In this document: positions 26,387 to 39,979 of the stretch, piece by piece
How the letters are laid out: every line of letters starts with the position of its first letter
Position numbering within the stretch: the stretch's first letter is position 1
Source of the DNA: Azolla caroliniana
Lineage: Eukaryota; Plantae; Polypodiophyta
DNA length: 64,000 nucleotides
Direction: 5' to 3'
Assembly (NCBI GenBank): GCA_043228905.1
Contig: JBHGNT010000006.1
Location: forward strand, 20,460,001-20,524,000
Position numbers and translations under genes: made by a program
The notes under the pieces: generated by a model
What the model saw: the letters and a program-made list of their open reading frames with translations, nothing else
What the model was told of the DNA's origin: nothing
The model's database searches: none

Positions 26387-29300
26387 ACATGGTATATTAC
26401 CAAAGTAAATTATCCAGAACATGAGTGAATATGCATAAGCATATTATGTATGAAATTATGTTTCTAGGTCTCAAACTGAAATATAAATTAACCTATTTTA
26501 CTTTCTTCTTTTATTAGACAGTAAGTTACATATGTTCCACCCAAACATACACCTATGTGCCAAACATTTCACTAAAAGAAATGTAAGCATATACCTCAAA
26601 TGAGGGAAGAATGTATATAAACAAATTAAAGAAAGAACAGCAGTCACCTGCTGCTTGATTCTTTGTATTGCTGTTGGGTCCTTCTTGTTTCTGATCTCAT
26701 ATGAGAGAAAAATGACATCTCTAAGTTTTTGTGGCGTCTCCTCAACTTTGCCGGCAAGGAACATACAAGTAGTCGCAATTAACTGCCAGAAAACAGTGTT
26801 TCACCTATTCAGAATCTGGGACAGTAAAAACAGCAATATAATTGAAATAAAATAAACTGCTGTCCTTGTCCCTGCCTTCCTGTCGATCTGTATACCATTT
26901 TCACAGAGAATAAATGATTAAACATATAAAAAGCATCATTCTTTTACCTCTCACTGTATAATTTGTGAATACAAGAATTTACTTCTGGATTAAAAAAGCC
27001 AAATATGGTTAATAAGAAATTGAATGCACTGTAGTAGGGTCTCTCCTAGAATGATGAAAATCCAATCACTTTATTTGAACCAGAAAGAACATAGAGCATT
27101 TATTTTTATTTCATCTTAACAAACTCCTCTATATTTTATATAGCCATGACAGGTTTCAGACAATTCATTATGTTCCAGCTTATGTACACAGAGGCAAGAC
27201 GGGGGTTCAGGTAAGAATATCACACGACTGGAGAGTCCTCTATATATTCTCCTTGGAGGACTATGTTTCAATCAGTTAAGGAATGCTATGCTTACAAGAA
27301 GTTATCAAAATAAAAATAAGATTTAAATTAGGCTTCAAACTAATGTTAACATCAGTTGTTGACTTGTTGTCTTAGGGTGGCTTAAAATCTATGAAAGAAG
27401 ACAAGCTAACCATATATTCTTCATGTATATATATGCCTTCATAAAATCAACCAAGAGCTTCAACTTAGAAGAGGGTTCCCAATATTGGTGAAAAGATTTG
27501 CATACACTTGAATTTATCAATAATCATGAGTTGCACCAAACTTATTATCTGGTTCTCCTGAACTATACTTATCTCACACTCCACTACTCACATAGATTAC
27601 TTCCAAACTACACTTCACTCACATAGATTACATCCGAACTAAACTTATTTCACACTCAACCGCTCACATAGATTACTTCAGGATTTTGGCTGGCTGTTAC
27701 AAATATAATACACGTGGAATACTAGAGTTTGGAATCATACATGGAATAACATAAAGAATACCTGCAGTAACACTAAGCTTGGAGATATTTTTCTTGATTC
27801 TTAATTTATTTCTGTGGGACAAAGTTAAGTAAAGATCATTCATATGTTCCATCAAGAATTTAATTACAAAGAAGAAAAATGGAGAAACTTCAAAATAAGA
27901 CAAAAATCATGTCAAAAACTACATGAAAGAAAGTGCAATTGGAGCATACAAAAATGTGACAATTTTGAGTTGAACATTCAACTCCAAAATGTCTTGCTGC
28001 ATCACCTCGCTCATACAAAACCTACATGAGCCTTACATCAATAATGCACCAGTGTAAGTCTGGGCTATTCGACAAACTACCAAGTAGCCACCAACCCAAA
28101 CTTCTATCGCATTTTGAGATGCAATGGAAAACAATATGTAAATTGGCCCTCTTAAAGAAAAAAGAAGAAAGGAAAGTCAGAAAGAAAAAGTTCAGTCCAG
28201 CCTCTCTTTTGATGCAGAACTCAAAATTCCGTTTACAGACAAAAGGAAGTCATGTTAGGGAGCAGAAATTGATGTCATATTACTCTTTTTGGCAATATGC
28301 CTAGTAGAGAATACTTTAGAAGTGCTATATGAGTTTCACTACTGAACTATGCTTGGGACCCCAACATGTGTCAACTTCTTTGTTCAGTGGCAATATAGCT
28401 TCCTGGAATGTCTTAGAGAGTTCAAATCTTAAGGAGATCTCTCTTAATTAGCATAAAATTTCCTCAATGGTGAAATTAAGCAACACTGGTAGTTTAAGTT
28501 GTCTTATGCCCTGTCCCGACAAGGCTTAATATGACCCAATGAAGCACCGGGCTAAAATTTTCTGTTCTACAATAACATAAGGCTGTACAAGTTCCTTCAC
28601 ATATACTAGTTTTTTATCATTATAAATAGATGCTTAAGTTCAGAGAAAAAGACTCATATACACATTGCAAAAAGAGCATTTAATAATGAATATTGACAAT
28701 GTTAGGTATCAAAATGCCAAATGGGACTAAAATCTTCAATTTATGCCTGTTAAAAGATGCCATTGTTTTAACTAGAGAACCTATATTTCCACAGAAAGCA
28801 ATCTAGTTTTTTTCCACATTCTGCCCAGTATAAATAGCAGTAAATAATTAATAGGGACAATGCATTTATAACTCACATATCTATCATTTTTCAAATGTGA
28901 TTGCCGCAGAAAAAAGCGATGGCAGAACACGATAGCTGTCGCTATTGTTACTTGGGGCCTGCAAAGTAATCATCAACTTACAATTTAGTCATTGAAGATG
29001 CAATGTCTAAAAATATTCAGCAAACTTCTTCAATAAAGAATAATGAATCCTTGAAGGAACTACCAGAGTGAAACAATTACCATCAATGAAGAAAATGTAA
29101 TGTTCATGCAAATTCTAAATATAGAATAAATTAGTTTGAATAGAATCCACACTTAAAATTCAAAGATCAACATGACATTTAGGCACCCAAGGAAGTAGGA
29201 AATATATATGCTACAGATTCATCAAGATTCAACTATATGGGAAACAACTAAATCACAAATGCGTTAATCAACCATGCATAACACACTAACATCCAATATT

Positions 29301-32300
29301 AGGATGAAAACCTTCTTTTCTTGGCACTTCACATGAATGTCTCTTACAACATCACCAAACCTTGGCTACAAGATTACATAAGTTAATTTCTGTCAGGCCA
29401 CCAGCAATGTGCACATGATCAAAGATGCTCCAATTAAAAACCATTAAGCTGTGAAAACTAACAGAGCAAGCAGCACTAGATACCCTGTTGACAGATGGTC
29501 AGCTTAACAAGTAAGCTCTGGGTTTCTACAATCACTAATTCTTTTTTTGCCAAAATTGTCATCGTCGATACATATTTTATGGCATTCCAGAAATTCATCA
29601 CAAGACTGTAGATTATTTCAAAGAGTTGACCAGTTTTATTAAATTTCTTTGCTGATATAAGTAATTTAAATAAGGAAAGGAAAGGATCAACCCACAAAAG
29701 ATGCCACTATGCACGAAGATAATTCACTAGAGTTGAAAGCAATTACAACCCAGGATTTAAGGTGCAGGTGTTACAGCCATCATACATTGAAGCACAAAGT
29801 CTCTAAGCGTGAATAAGGCATACAAATATGAACTCAACCTTCTAGGTGATGCCTTAAAAAGTCGCATTCAGGAAATTCTGTGTCATTGGATGCAAGTTAT
29901 GGAAAAACAGTTCCACACACTTGCTTCATAATGCATCAATAGATTCCTTTGTGAATTAGGCCTTTTTGCAATGCCAATGTATCATGACATGGGAAAAACG
30001 TGGAGACACCACTTCACACATTATGCTACATTTCCACCTAATTACAAAACCATATGCTTCTCTGAATGGGGAAACAGCACACATCAGTAAGGTTAGAACC
30101 CATCCCGTTGTTTGCCATTCCAAACATTGCTTCCATACAACTTAGTCCACAATCACTTTGGTGTGAGACATGACAAATGGTGTCATGCTCCTTAAACATT
30201 CACCTTCACCATCTTTCCTAAAATTTTGATGTTGGATCAATCTATCTCAAGAGTATGGAAGTCAAAGTGAAAGATGAATCACATCTTAAATGGTGTTTGA
30301 AGTTGTCTCATTGATGTTCACATAGCAATAAGGCCTAAGGAAAACATCCTCTAGTAGGAGAAGAAAAATCAGACGGTATGATGCATCATTCGTATGATGC
30401 CTTCTTGGTTCCATGATCTGAATTTCAGCAAAGGAGAGTGATTATGCCCTCTAGAAGGGGATACGACACTTGTATAGATATTACTTTCGGACTGAAGTTA
30501 GTAAACTTGTAGTTTGCACAATTCAACTCTATCGGTTGGTTATAGAGGTAAATGTAAGACAATCAGTGAAGTAGCAGCAGGCAGTAAAATTTACTCTGAG
30601 AGAGAACTACACACTTATTTTATATGACTATTTCTGTGGATTAGCTAGCAAATATCTCTGCCAGATGAAATATTGATTGGGTGGCGTAGGGTCAAACAAC
30701 TCGATTGGAGTGGCAGCAGAACCGTACCACATGGTTCCAGAAACTATAAAGGCTGCGGTCCATATCCAGTGCAGGTGTTAGAGCATTGAGGGGACTTTTC
30801 CCTAGTACAAGAGGACCGGGAAGGACGTAACTATTTAAACTTCCCAAGAAATACAGCAACCTTCTATTGCAGCTCTGGACAAACTCAAATCTTGAGTTGT
30901 CTTTGGGATGGTCATGTGATTATTTCAGATATGGCACCTTCTCTACCCGTCAAAAAAGGTCCTCACCTCAATCCATTGAGGTGGTGTGTTGTGGCTCCAA
31001 TGACAAGACATGCTACATGGTATTTTATCCACCCTAACTGTCTATCTATATTCACTACCACACCTCCTTTTGCAAACCATTCCAAATTTAAGCTCGCATG
31101 ACTATGTGAACTGGAACCCCTCAACACATCGGATGTGTTACAAGGCGGGGTGGGGGGATATTCACGACTTTCATGTCTAGGGATCTTAAAATATAGCAAC
31201 GTTACAAAGCATGCCTCATACTATACCTCTCTAGTACAACTTCTCGTGGGTTGTTCTATCACTGTGGTGAGGGGTATGTGCAATCTTTCAGCATGGTTGA
31301 ATCTGATTGGATAGTGAGCCTTGACAGCCTTCAGTAAACAACAAGGCTAGTATTTAGCTTGGATTCTGGCCCCATCTTATGGAGCAGTAAGCAGAAACCC
31401 ACCATTGCATTGTCATCAGCACTGGTCAGCTTGAGTATTTTCCATCAGTGGACACCCTGCAATCTTCACCAGAGCTGTTCAGCCAAAGACTTTGGGATGC
31501 TAGTAGCAGCGATAGTTTATTAGGCCCATCCCTGGCACCGCAGGGGCTGTTAGAAGCATGTAGAGCAAAGCCGTAAGTGTTTGACAACAGCCAACTATTT
31601 AGTGGTATTTCGTGCCATTTTAGACATGAGCCTATTGCCCACCTAACTTCACCCATTTATGGAGACCTACAGTCAGCCAAATATTCTCAAGCTGGGCCCT
31701 GTATAAAGGCACCTTACCCTTTTTGTTGGAAATCACAGCCTTTTCACTGCAAAATACAAGGACAATACAAAACGTTTTTTCAGCACTATCACTGCTCTAC
31801 AGATAAAAACCCTCTCGCATTGTAGTTTGAGTCCCAATCACAACAAGTGATCGCAACTTTCCATGCTCGAAAAACACAGCCAAAGACTTTGGGATGCTAG
31901 TAGCAGCGATAGTTTATTAGGCCCATCCCTGGCACCGCAGGGGCTGTTAGAAGCATGTAGAGCAAAGCCGTAAGTGTTTGACAACAGCCAACTATTTAGT
32001 GGTATTTCGTGCCATTTTAGACATGAGCCTATTGCCCACCTAACTTCACCCATTTATGGAGACCTACAGTCAGCCAAATATTCTCAAGCTGGGGCCTGTA
32101 TAAAGGCACCTTACCCTTTTTGTTGGAAATCACAGCCTTTTCACTGCAAAATACAAGGACAATACAAAACGTTTTTTCAGCACTATCACTGCTCTACAGA
32201 TAAAAACCCTCTCGCATTGTAGTTTGAGTCCCAATCACAACAAGTGATCGCAACTTTCCATGCTCGAAAAACACAGCCACAACATCCTGTTCCTCACTTC

Positions 32301-35300
32301 ATACCCTTGTCATCGACAGATAAATGCAATTATCTGCTGCTATCGCCGGTGGTTCCCTTGCTTCGGAGACCTCTCCATTCTAGATCGACCGATGCTACAG
32401 ATATTTCGAAGAAAAAAGTTACAATAAATCTAACTTGAGAATCTTACATGTGCCGAAAACCAGATTCTTTAGTTTCTTTTTTATCTTATTTACTTAGTAT
32501 TATTTTATTTTATTTTGAATTGTTGTTCTCAAAGACGAGACAACATTTAAGGTGTAATCTCTTGTTTGGTCTTATAGGCCATTTTGGCCACTTAAAATAT
32601 GTTAATATGTCTTTCTTTCTATATTGGACTATCCTAGGATAGAGAAAGAAATAAAATGGAAGTGTCAGCCCTTCAAAGATCTATGCATGGACAACTTTAG
32701 AAGACGAAGGTTTCACTTCACTTAAGTTCTTCATCGACTCATGCAAATATTTGCATTTCCCAAAAAGATTGCTAAATTTCTAAACCTTCATATGCCTACC
32801 CAATTGATTTTTGTTATTCTCCAATATGCAACATCTTCAACCATAATCTATTGCTTGTTTCATAAGCACCTTGCAGCTTAAATGAACCTTAAACCCTAAT
32901 AATCTCTTATATGGCCTCATAAGCACCTTGTAGCTTAAATGACCCTAATATACTTTAATTGCTTCCCCAAATTATTTATCATCTCCACCACTAATAAGTT
33001 GTAACTATGCTATCCCAGATGGGAACATTTGGGAGCTTTCCAAATATGGACATGTTATTCTGGCTTTTTTGATATCTCGAAACAGATGGTTATACAGATG
33101 GATGACAAAGAGAGGGGCTGGTGAGTGTAAGGAATATGTAAGATATCTCTGGGGGATGGGAACTGCACAACTATTACCCATCTAGGTAGCCGGATGATAT
33201 ATCCATTAGGATATTCATACATGTTCAAATCTTGACAGCAACTTTGCTTGGATCAGCTAAAACAAAAGTTCCATGCACAATTGAAGCTTGGGCCATGCCA
33301 TAGAACAACTATTATGACAATTAGTGCAGTGAACTGAGGATCAAACTATGCAATTGAGTGCAAAGACTTGACGGCATATTACCCATAGACTGCCTCACAT
33401 CATCTTTTGACACCAGAAGAAGAGATCTCTTTCAGTACAGTTCCAGAGAGATGTAAATGAATGTGTAATGACTCTGGAAAGGAATAAGAAATCCTTAAAG
33501 AGCATCTCTATGAATATCACTGCTCATGATCTTAAATGAGCATGCACTGTGTAAACTCCTTACGATCTTCAGTACAGCAGCCATTATCACCAGCACCTTG
33601 ACACACACCTCACAAGAGAGATGGTGTCAAAGGCAACTGAAATTTTGAGTATACAGAGAGCAGCACAGGTTAGTGGCGATATTGTGGTTGAACATGTCAA
33701 ATATTCCTGGAATCATATTGCAGAGCTCTAGGACTTTATGCTTAATGGGCTTGTACAATGGACTTCCGAGGACTTGAAGAACTAGCATTATAGGCCTAGG
33801 TATCTAAATCCAGTTATTCATTGGCAGAGCTGTAGAGCCTTAAATTCTTCAGCATGAGTTAGGCAGCTAGTTGCAGAAGAAAGTTGGCTGAGCTGGAAGA
33901 CAGGCTGGTTCAAAGAGGACTCTAACTAGATATTATCTTCGTAGTTCATGAGATTATTGAGGGACAAAAGGACATAGAGAGACCACTTATTGTAGATTTA
34001 AATATATTTTAAAAGATTTTGAGGCTGTCCTTGGGATCTGGCTGATGTGCAGACCACAGGACTTAGCATTTTACGGTTTGATCTTAGTGTGATTGCATTA
34101 TGTGACATGATAGTTCAGCATTCTGTACTTCACAGAGTGTATCACCCAGAATATGTGTTCCTCAACTTGAAGATTCTTATTAGTATTCCTTTCGCCTATG
34201 TAACTCACATATTGACTCATGTTATAAGAAGATGGTTGTATCTTTGGTCTCAATGTGAATTAAGCCTTAAGCAAATCTTAATATTTCGTTTTGTTTAATC
34301 TATCTTGCCTTTTATCATGGATCTATATGTAAGTGCAAGTATCAAGTCAAGAGAACAGTTGCAGTGGGATAAGTTAAGTAGCAAGAAATGCTCTTACCAA
34401 CAGATTATTGGAGTAGACAGTGAAAGCACATGTCATTAACATACCTATCTCACACGTCAACATACAATGTAACTCCAAGCAAGAAACACACAGCAACTTG
34501 CACCATGCACATAATGTATTGAAGAGTGCAAGAACATATGTTTTCCCTTTGAGATCATCTGAACCTACTCCATTTTTTGTAGCATCATGCATCAGTAGAG
34601 GCATTTCAAAATCCACAAGATTTACTATAAAGGTTTAGGATGAAGCATGGGACCCAAAAAAAATACAGCAAGAATACTTTTTTGAGTTGGAGCCTGACAA
34701 CCCAAAAACTAATCTCTCCTTTCAACACGCTCTCCTTTAGGTCCATTAAAGCATTTATGACATTGTTTTTTTTCCTCTACTACTATGCTGCATATTTTAT
34801 CCCTTTCCATAAATGCATCTGCTAACCCCCCCCCCTCGATTTGTGTATTTAAAGTTTTTAAGAGTGACTATTAAATATATTTCTTGTTTACTTTACTTTC
34901 TGTTGTAGCTAGCCTCTTAGCCACCTTACAACCTTTCATAACAGTTTTCTCACATGGTATCTCAGCTGTGAGGCCTCCATTCATATTTTTTCTCCCATCC
35001 AACTCAGTTTTCTTTGAGCAGCCAACATTCCATTTCCATACCTCCCATTTACAGATAATGCTCTCCAAACATCCATATATAGTCCCACTTAAAACCATTA
35101 TTATGGAAAGAGTAAAGCAACCTTCTGCAACTAGTTAAAACAATCAATTTAAGCTTCTACGGATGGAAGCCATGGCTTCTAGTACCATTATTAAATCTAC
35201 CACCATTCCTTAACTTCCCAAAGAGTCTATTCTAGATGGAACTAACTACCTAGATTTGGAATTGCATGTGCTGACCCTGCCACAATACCATTGTTTATCA

Positions 35301-38255
35301 AATGCTGTTGAAGGAACTAAGCCCAATCCTAAGGCTACTTCTAGTATTTCGTCTTCAGCACCCACTCAAGTTGCAACTCACTCTTGGCTAGACAAAGATG
35401 GTCATAGTCAGGATTTCATGTTCTTCAGCATGACGCCTTAAGTTGCTTGTCAATTTCTTAGCAAAGATGACAAAGATATCTAAAGGGTTGTGGTATGTAG
35501 TTGAACAAAGGTATGACAAAGCCAATAAAGCTCAAATGATTACTTTGGAAAACCAATTAGCAATCTCCAAGTTTCTAATGGTCGTAACACTATGTTGGAA
35601 ATCATTTTGTCTCTCTCCCAAAGCAGTTTGTTCCAAAGATGGAAACAAGACCACTGAATGTGCATCACTTGACGTCCCAGAATCTTTAGAGGCATTTTGT
35701 GACACAATTTCTCTTCTTCCCACTACTCTCTCTTTAAATAAATTTGTAGAGATGTTATAATATAGGATTGTGAGGCGAACTAGCACTTCACGTTCAACAA
35801 CTTTTCTCCATGTTAAGGGCAAAAGAAAATGGAACACATCTCTAAAGAACTTGCTGACCACTACAAATGGATGCCAATTTTAATTTGTGAATGGTGAGCG
35901 GTCCCCTAGTTTTGAGATTTCAGGTCAGCAAGGTATGGCTTGAAACAAGCTCCCAGGGCTTGGTGCGACAAGAACGCCTCTTTCTTTCCTTTGTCATTGA
36001 CAGATAAAGGCCATTATCTCCCGGAGGCACCGAGTTAATTGGTATTTGGATGTTGATTTGGCAAGAGATTTGACACAAGATGGTGTACAACTAGCTCTTT
36101 CTTTCTACTTGGCTCAGATTTTATTTGTGGAAGTTCAAGAAACAAATTTCAGTTTTTACTTCATTTACAGAAACTGAATACCATCCCTATTTGGATACAT
36201 GCTGTGAATTCTTATGGCTAAACCAAATTCTTAACCATCTTAGAATTCCACAGGCCACTCCTTTTTGAGTTCAAACCAATAGTCAACGTGCTCATGCATT
36301 AGCACAAAATTCGCCCTTCCTTGGTAGAACTAAAACATTGAAGTTCACTACCATTTTGTTTGTGAGTTTGTTGTTTCTATTTACCTTTTACTTGTTTCAT
36401 TTATTTTACGTTGTTCTCAAAGGCAAGACAACATTTTAAGATGTAATCTCTTGTTTGGTCTTATAGGCCATTTCAACCTCTTAAAAGACAGTAACCTCTC
36501 TCTCTCTGTGATCAGCTCAAGCTGAAGATTGTCAAAAGGCAGAAGTTTCAGTTCATCTAAGCCCAAAATGTTAAAAAGTGTTTTGGAAACAGGATTATCC
36601 AGTATCTTCAACAGATTTACTGGGCCATTATCACCCAGCACTGTGTTGAGTGCTTTCCTCACTTCAAAGACCTTTTCACCTTGGATTCACTCATATTAGA
36701 GATCTTTCACAGGAAGAAGTTTCAGTTCATCTAATTTAATATGTTGAAGTGCTTGGTTGATGGGATTCTTCAGAACCTATGATAGTTTATTAATTTTAGT
36801 TGCATTTATTGTGGTTTGTTATTCTCAAAGATGTGACAAGGTTTTAGGATATAATCTCTCGTTTGATAAATATATATGTGGGTGCATTTCCTCTATTGGC
36901 ATAGATTGCTACAGTGGCAATACAGGCTCGACCCTGAGCCTCGCAGACAAGCAAGCGCTGACCACAAGGGACCCATACAACAACATATTTGTCAAACAGA
37001 AACAGGCTAGGAAACAGGGGAATAAGAATTTCGGCATCCCTAAGATATGCTGAGGCACTCAATCTTCCATATTGAGGTTTCTACGGATATTTATCTGTCA
37101 AGACTATCTGATACATAATAAAATCACTGGAAATTTGCAAAAGGGTTATAACATGGCAAATGCTTATGCACTGCATAGTTCTCCATTCATAAGCCTTCTC
37201 CATGCTATCTTCCCCTACGTAAGGCTTCCCATAGTTCTATGTAAGTTATCCTCTCCCTTCCCCTCCTTTAAAAGGCCTTCCGTAATATAGATCCTGGACA
37301 TGACGAAAATAAAACGGACGAACATGAATTCGAATGCGAAGTTGATCTATGACTAGTGAAAAACATGTACAGGTCGAAGGCTCTTTACCAACATTTGATA
37401 GCAAACATGTTATAGCAGCACAGAAGGGTTATACAACGGGCCTTCTTATATTCCCTGAACCAAAAGGGGTCTAAGCAGGAAGGGCTGGAAGACTCAAAGC
37501 TAGTTACCAAACTTATTATGTAAACAGCGAAGAAATGTAACAGAGACTAGCTCTTTGTTTTATCAAAACATTGATGTGGTAACCTGTTAAAGCAGTGACG
37601 GCCTATACAGACTCCATGTAAGATGTCATTGTCATCCTTTCGAACTAGCTTCTCCTTATGCAACAGGTGTTAAGTATAGTGGCCTAGACTAAGACATACA
37701 TGTCTTAACAAAGCCCGAAGAACCTGAAACAATCTGACCTGATGCAGAATTCACATGTTAAACGATGGAGGATCTGTAATAGGTTCGAGTCTTCATTTAC
37801 AGTTCGGTATTGTAGTCCGTAGTATCTGTTACAGCACGCTGTTCTAGATACAGTGCTTAAGGAAGCTCAAACAGAGCGGGAAAAACACGAGACCCAATAC
37901 AGAGATATAAATAGACGGGAACAAGCAGGGAATGAGGAAAATGAGAGAAGAAAGATAGAGAAGTTTGAATTGTTGCTTATCTTCAGACTTACACTTTGAG
38001 GCGCATCCCAAGATCTTGCAGGAATGTGCAGTAGGACTTGCGGAAAAAGGTCTCCTTCTTCAGGTCGATCCCGTCGAGCCGCGAGGGAGAGCTCTTCTCG
38101 ATGTACTCTCTGGGGAAGTACCAGTTTGAGCTCGAGTGGTCTGGTTCTTCCAACTTATAGCTAGAGGAGGTCGCGGCGGCAGACACAGCATCCATGGACT
38201 CCATAGCCGCCGCCTGAGATCCATCTCCCAGTTGCTGCTGCGGCTGGCCGGCCAT
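24438..38255 (-). CDS. CYCT1: Cyclin T1 (P-TEFb cyclin subunit), 6 exons, ~615 aa
   Basis: Exons 38255-37993, 28958-28877, 26782-26648, 26300-26125, 26017-25866 and 25477-24438, all GT-AG and in frame. Motifs [83 protein letters not shown]. Confidence 0.95.
26345..26387. repeat. Compound (TTG)n(TTA)n microsatellite in a cyclin T intron
   Basis: Directly visible. Confidence 0.9.
27583..27680. repeat. Three copies of CTCACATAGATTAC (short minisatellite)
   Basis: Copies near 27586, 27618 and 27664. Confidence 0.75.
31480..32279. repeat. 397-bp tandem duplication in cyclin T intron 1
   Basis: 31480-31876 matches 31877-32273 (one substitution seen, GGGCCC/GGGGCC), bounded by CAGCCA microhomology. 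Confidence 0.92.
35160..36490 (+). mobile_element. Heavily deleted Copia remnant in cyclin T intron 1
   Basis: gag start (LDGTNYLD), [10 protein letters not shown] at ~35934, WKFKKQ at ~36128 and decayed [12 protein letters not shown] at ~36326. An LTR-like segment 36370-36480 also occurs at 32490-32595. Confidence 0.75.
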
Positions 38256-38259
38256 AGCG

Positions 38260-38286
38260 AAACCCTAACCCTAACCCTAACCCTAA
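38260..38286 (-). promoter_or_regulatory. (TTAGGG)4 telo-box/G-quadruplex motif immediately upstream of the cyclin T ATG
   Basis: Sense strand reads TTAGGGTTAGGGTTAGGGTTAGGGTTTCGCTATG. Confidence 0.8.
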
Positions 38287-38437
38287 TTCTGTCGAATCCA
38301 CATGTTTTCTTGTCTTCGTCGCACAGAGCAAAGTTCAGGAAAAGGAAGGAAGAGAAAAACTAAAAAAAAAAGGTTCCAAAGAGAGAGGCGCTCAACTAAG
38401 AGGACCTCCTCTTGCTTGGTTTCTTTGGCTGTCATCA

Positions 38438-38451
38438 TCTCGGTCTCGGTC

Positions 38452-38488
<37 letters not shown>

Positions 38489-38860
38489 TGGTCTCGGTCT
38501 CGGTCTCGGGCTCGGTCTCGGGCCATTCTCAGTCTCGGCCTCGATCTCAATCTTGGGCCAATCTCGATCTTGATCCTGGGCCCCGATCTCGGTCTCAGGT
38601 CCTGGTCTTAGTCTTAGTCTTAGTCTTGACCAAGGGCCCTGGTCTCGATCTTGGGCCCCTGTCTCGCTCTTAGTCTCAGTCTTACTCTCAGCCTCCAGCC
38701 ATGGTCTTGATCTTGGACCCCAGTCTCAATCTTGGGCCCCGTTCTTGCTCTCAGTCTTAGTCTTAGTCTCGGCCTTGGCCTCGAGCCATAGTCTCGATGT
38801 CAGGCCCTTGTCCTTAATCTCCACCCCAGCCCTAGCCCAGCCCAGCCCCAGTCCCCGTCC
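38438..38860. repeat. Degenerate hexamer array (GGTCTC/GTCTTA) with TGGGCC site II motifs upstream of cyclin T
   Basis: Near-perfect (CGGTCT)n at 38440-38520 decays rightwards; TGGGCC at ~38554, 38577, 38652 and 38732. Confidence 0.75.
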
Positions 38861-39979
38861 CCGTCTTCTCTCCCTCCGTGTCACATTTGCATTCACTTCT
38901 TTTTCCAAAAACATTGGTTGATCCGGAGAGCTTCCGTCCGATCGCAATCTCGGGCAGGCCCTTGGGTTTGAGCGTGTATGTATCAACCATGGCTTCTATT
39001 GCACCTGTTGTTCGACTTGCTCGTCTTCTTCTCTAAGGCGAGCTTGTAGCCCACTCGTTCTTAATCTTTACTCTTCAATCCGCATGCACGTTAAAAGAAC
39101 GTAAGGAATTCATATCACATTGTTCTCATTAAGCTCCATGTACATAACAACATCGAACTTGACATTGTTTTCTCAAAGTTCATTTTAAACTCTGACTAAT
39201 TTTTCTAACTTTATAGCTTGGATTGTGTTTATTTTTTTAAAATATTTTGTTTGGATTTACTCACAATTATAATAAGTTATGATGGTATTTGACCACTTAA
39301 AAGTCTTTCAATGAACGAGTTTCTTGAACATTGTACTAAATCCATATATCCTTGTCTTGGGCACTTTTTGTAACTATACTAATTTCCCAAATGACTTTGG
39401 TTGATATTGAAAAAGACATCAATTGAAAGTGGCCAAGAAGTTTGCAGGTAAGTCTTTTGGTGTGCAAGACAATAAGTGCAAAAGAGTTCCATTGAACAAA
39501 TTGGAAGTACTCCTAAATTGTTCAAGCAACCTCTTTATTGGAAACTTTATCTTCTTTTCTCTAGGTCAAGCCACTCGAGGGAGGATGTTAAGTACTTGTC
39601 ATGAGTAGCATGACCCATTAGAACATTTACATTAGTACTAAATATCAATCATGATACTAATAAAATAGGAACACAACAAAGTTGGCTCTACAGCTTTGGG
39701 TCGAGTGGCCACCTTGGACTATCTCTTTGTGAAAGAACTATAAAAATCACTTTCTAGTTATAATTCTTGAATCTTGAGTTTTGTCTCCCTTTCACCCAAG
39801 CTAGAGCTCTTCTTTTTCTTCTTCTTTTGTAAATCAATGTTTGTTATTAAAACAAGATGATAATACAACCCTTTTGTCTTCACGACCTCATAAATAGTGA
39901 TAATGCAAGGGAAACCCTCTCAAGTGTTGCAAAACTAGATGGCATACCTCTATCTCCTCTTTTGACAACGTCCCCATAC

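Noticed and set aside
27583-27680. CRISPR-like spaced repeats
   Set aside because: Only three short copies with related spacers in a eukaryotic intron; a minisatellite with no cas genes.
38260-38286. Interstitial telomere or chromosome-fusion scar
   Set aside because: Only four units, located in a gene leader where telo-boxes are common.
38302-38986. RS-rich ORFs resembling an SR protein
   Set aside because: Products of the hexamer repeat; no RRM and no splice support.
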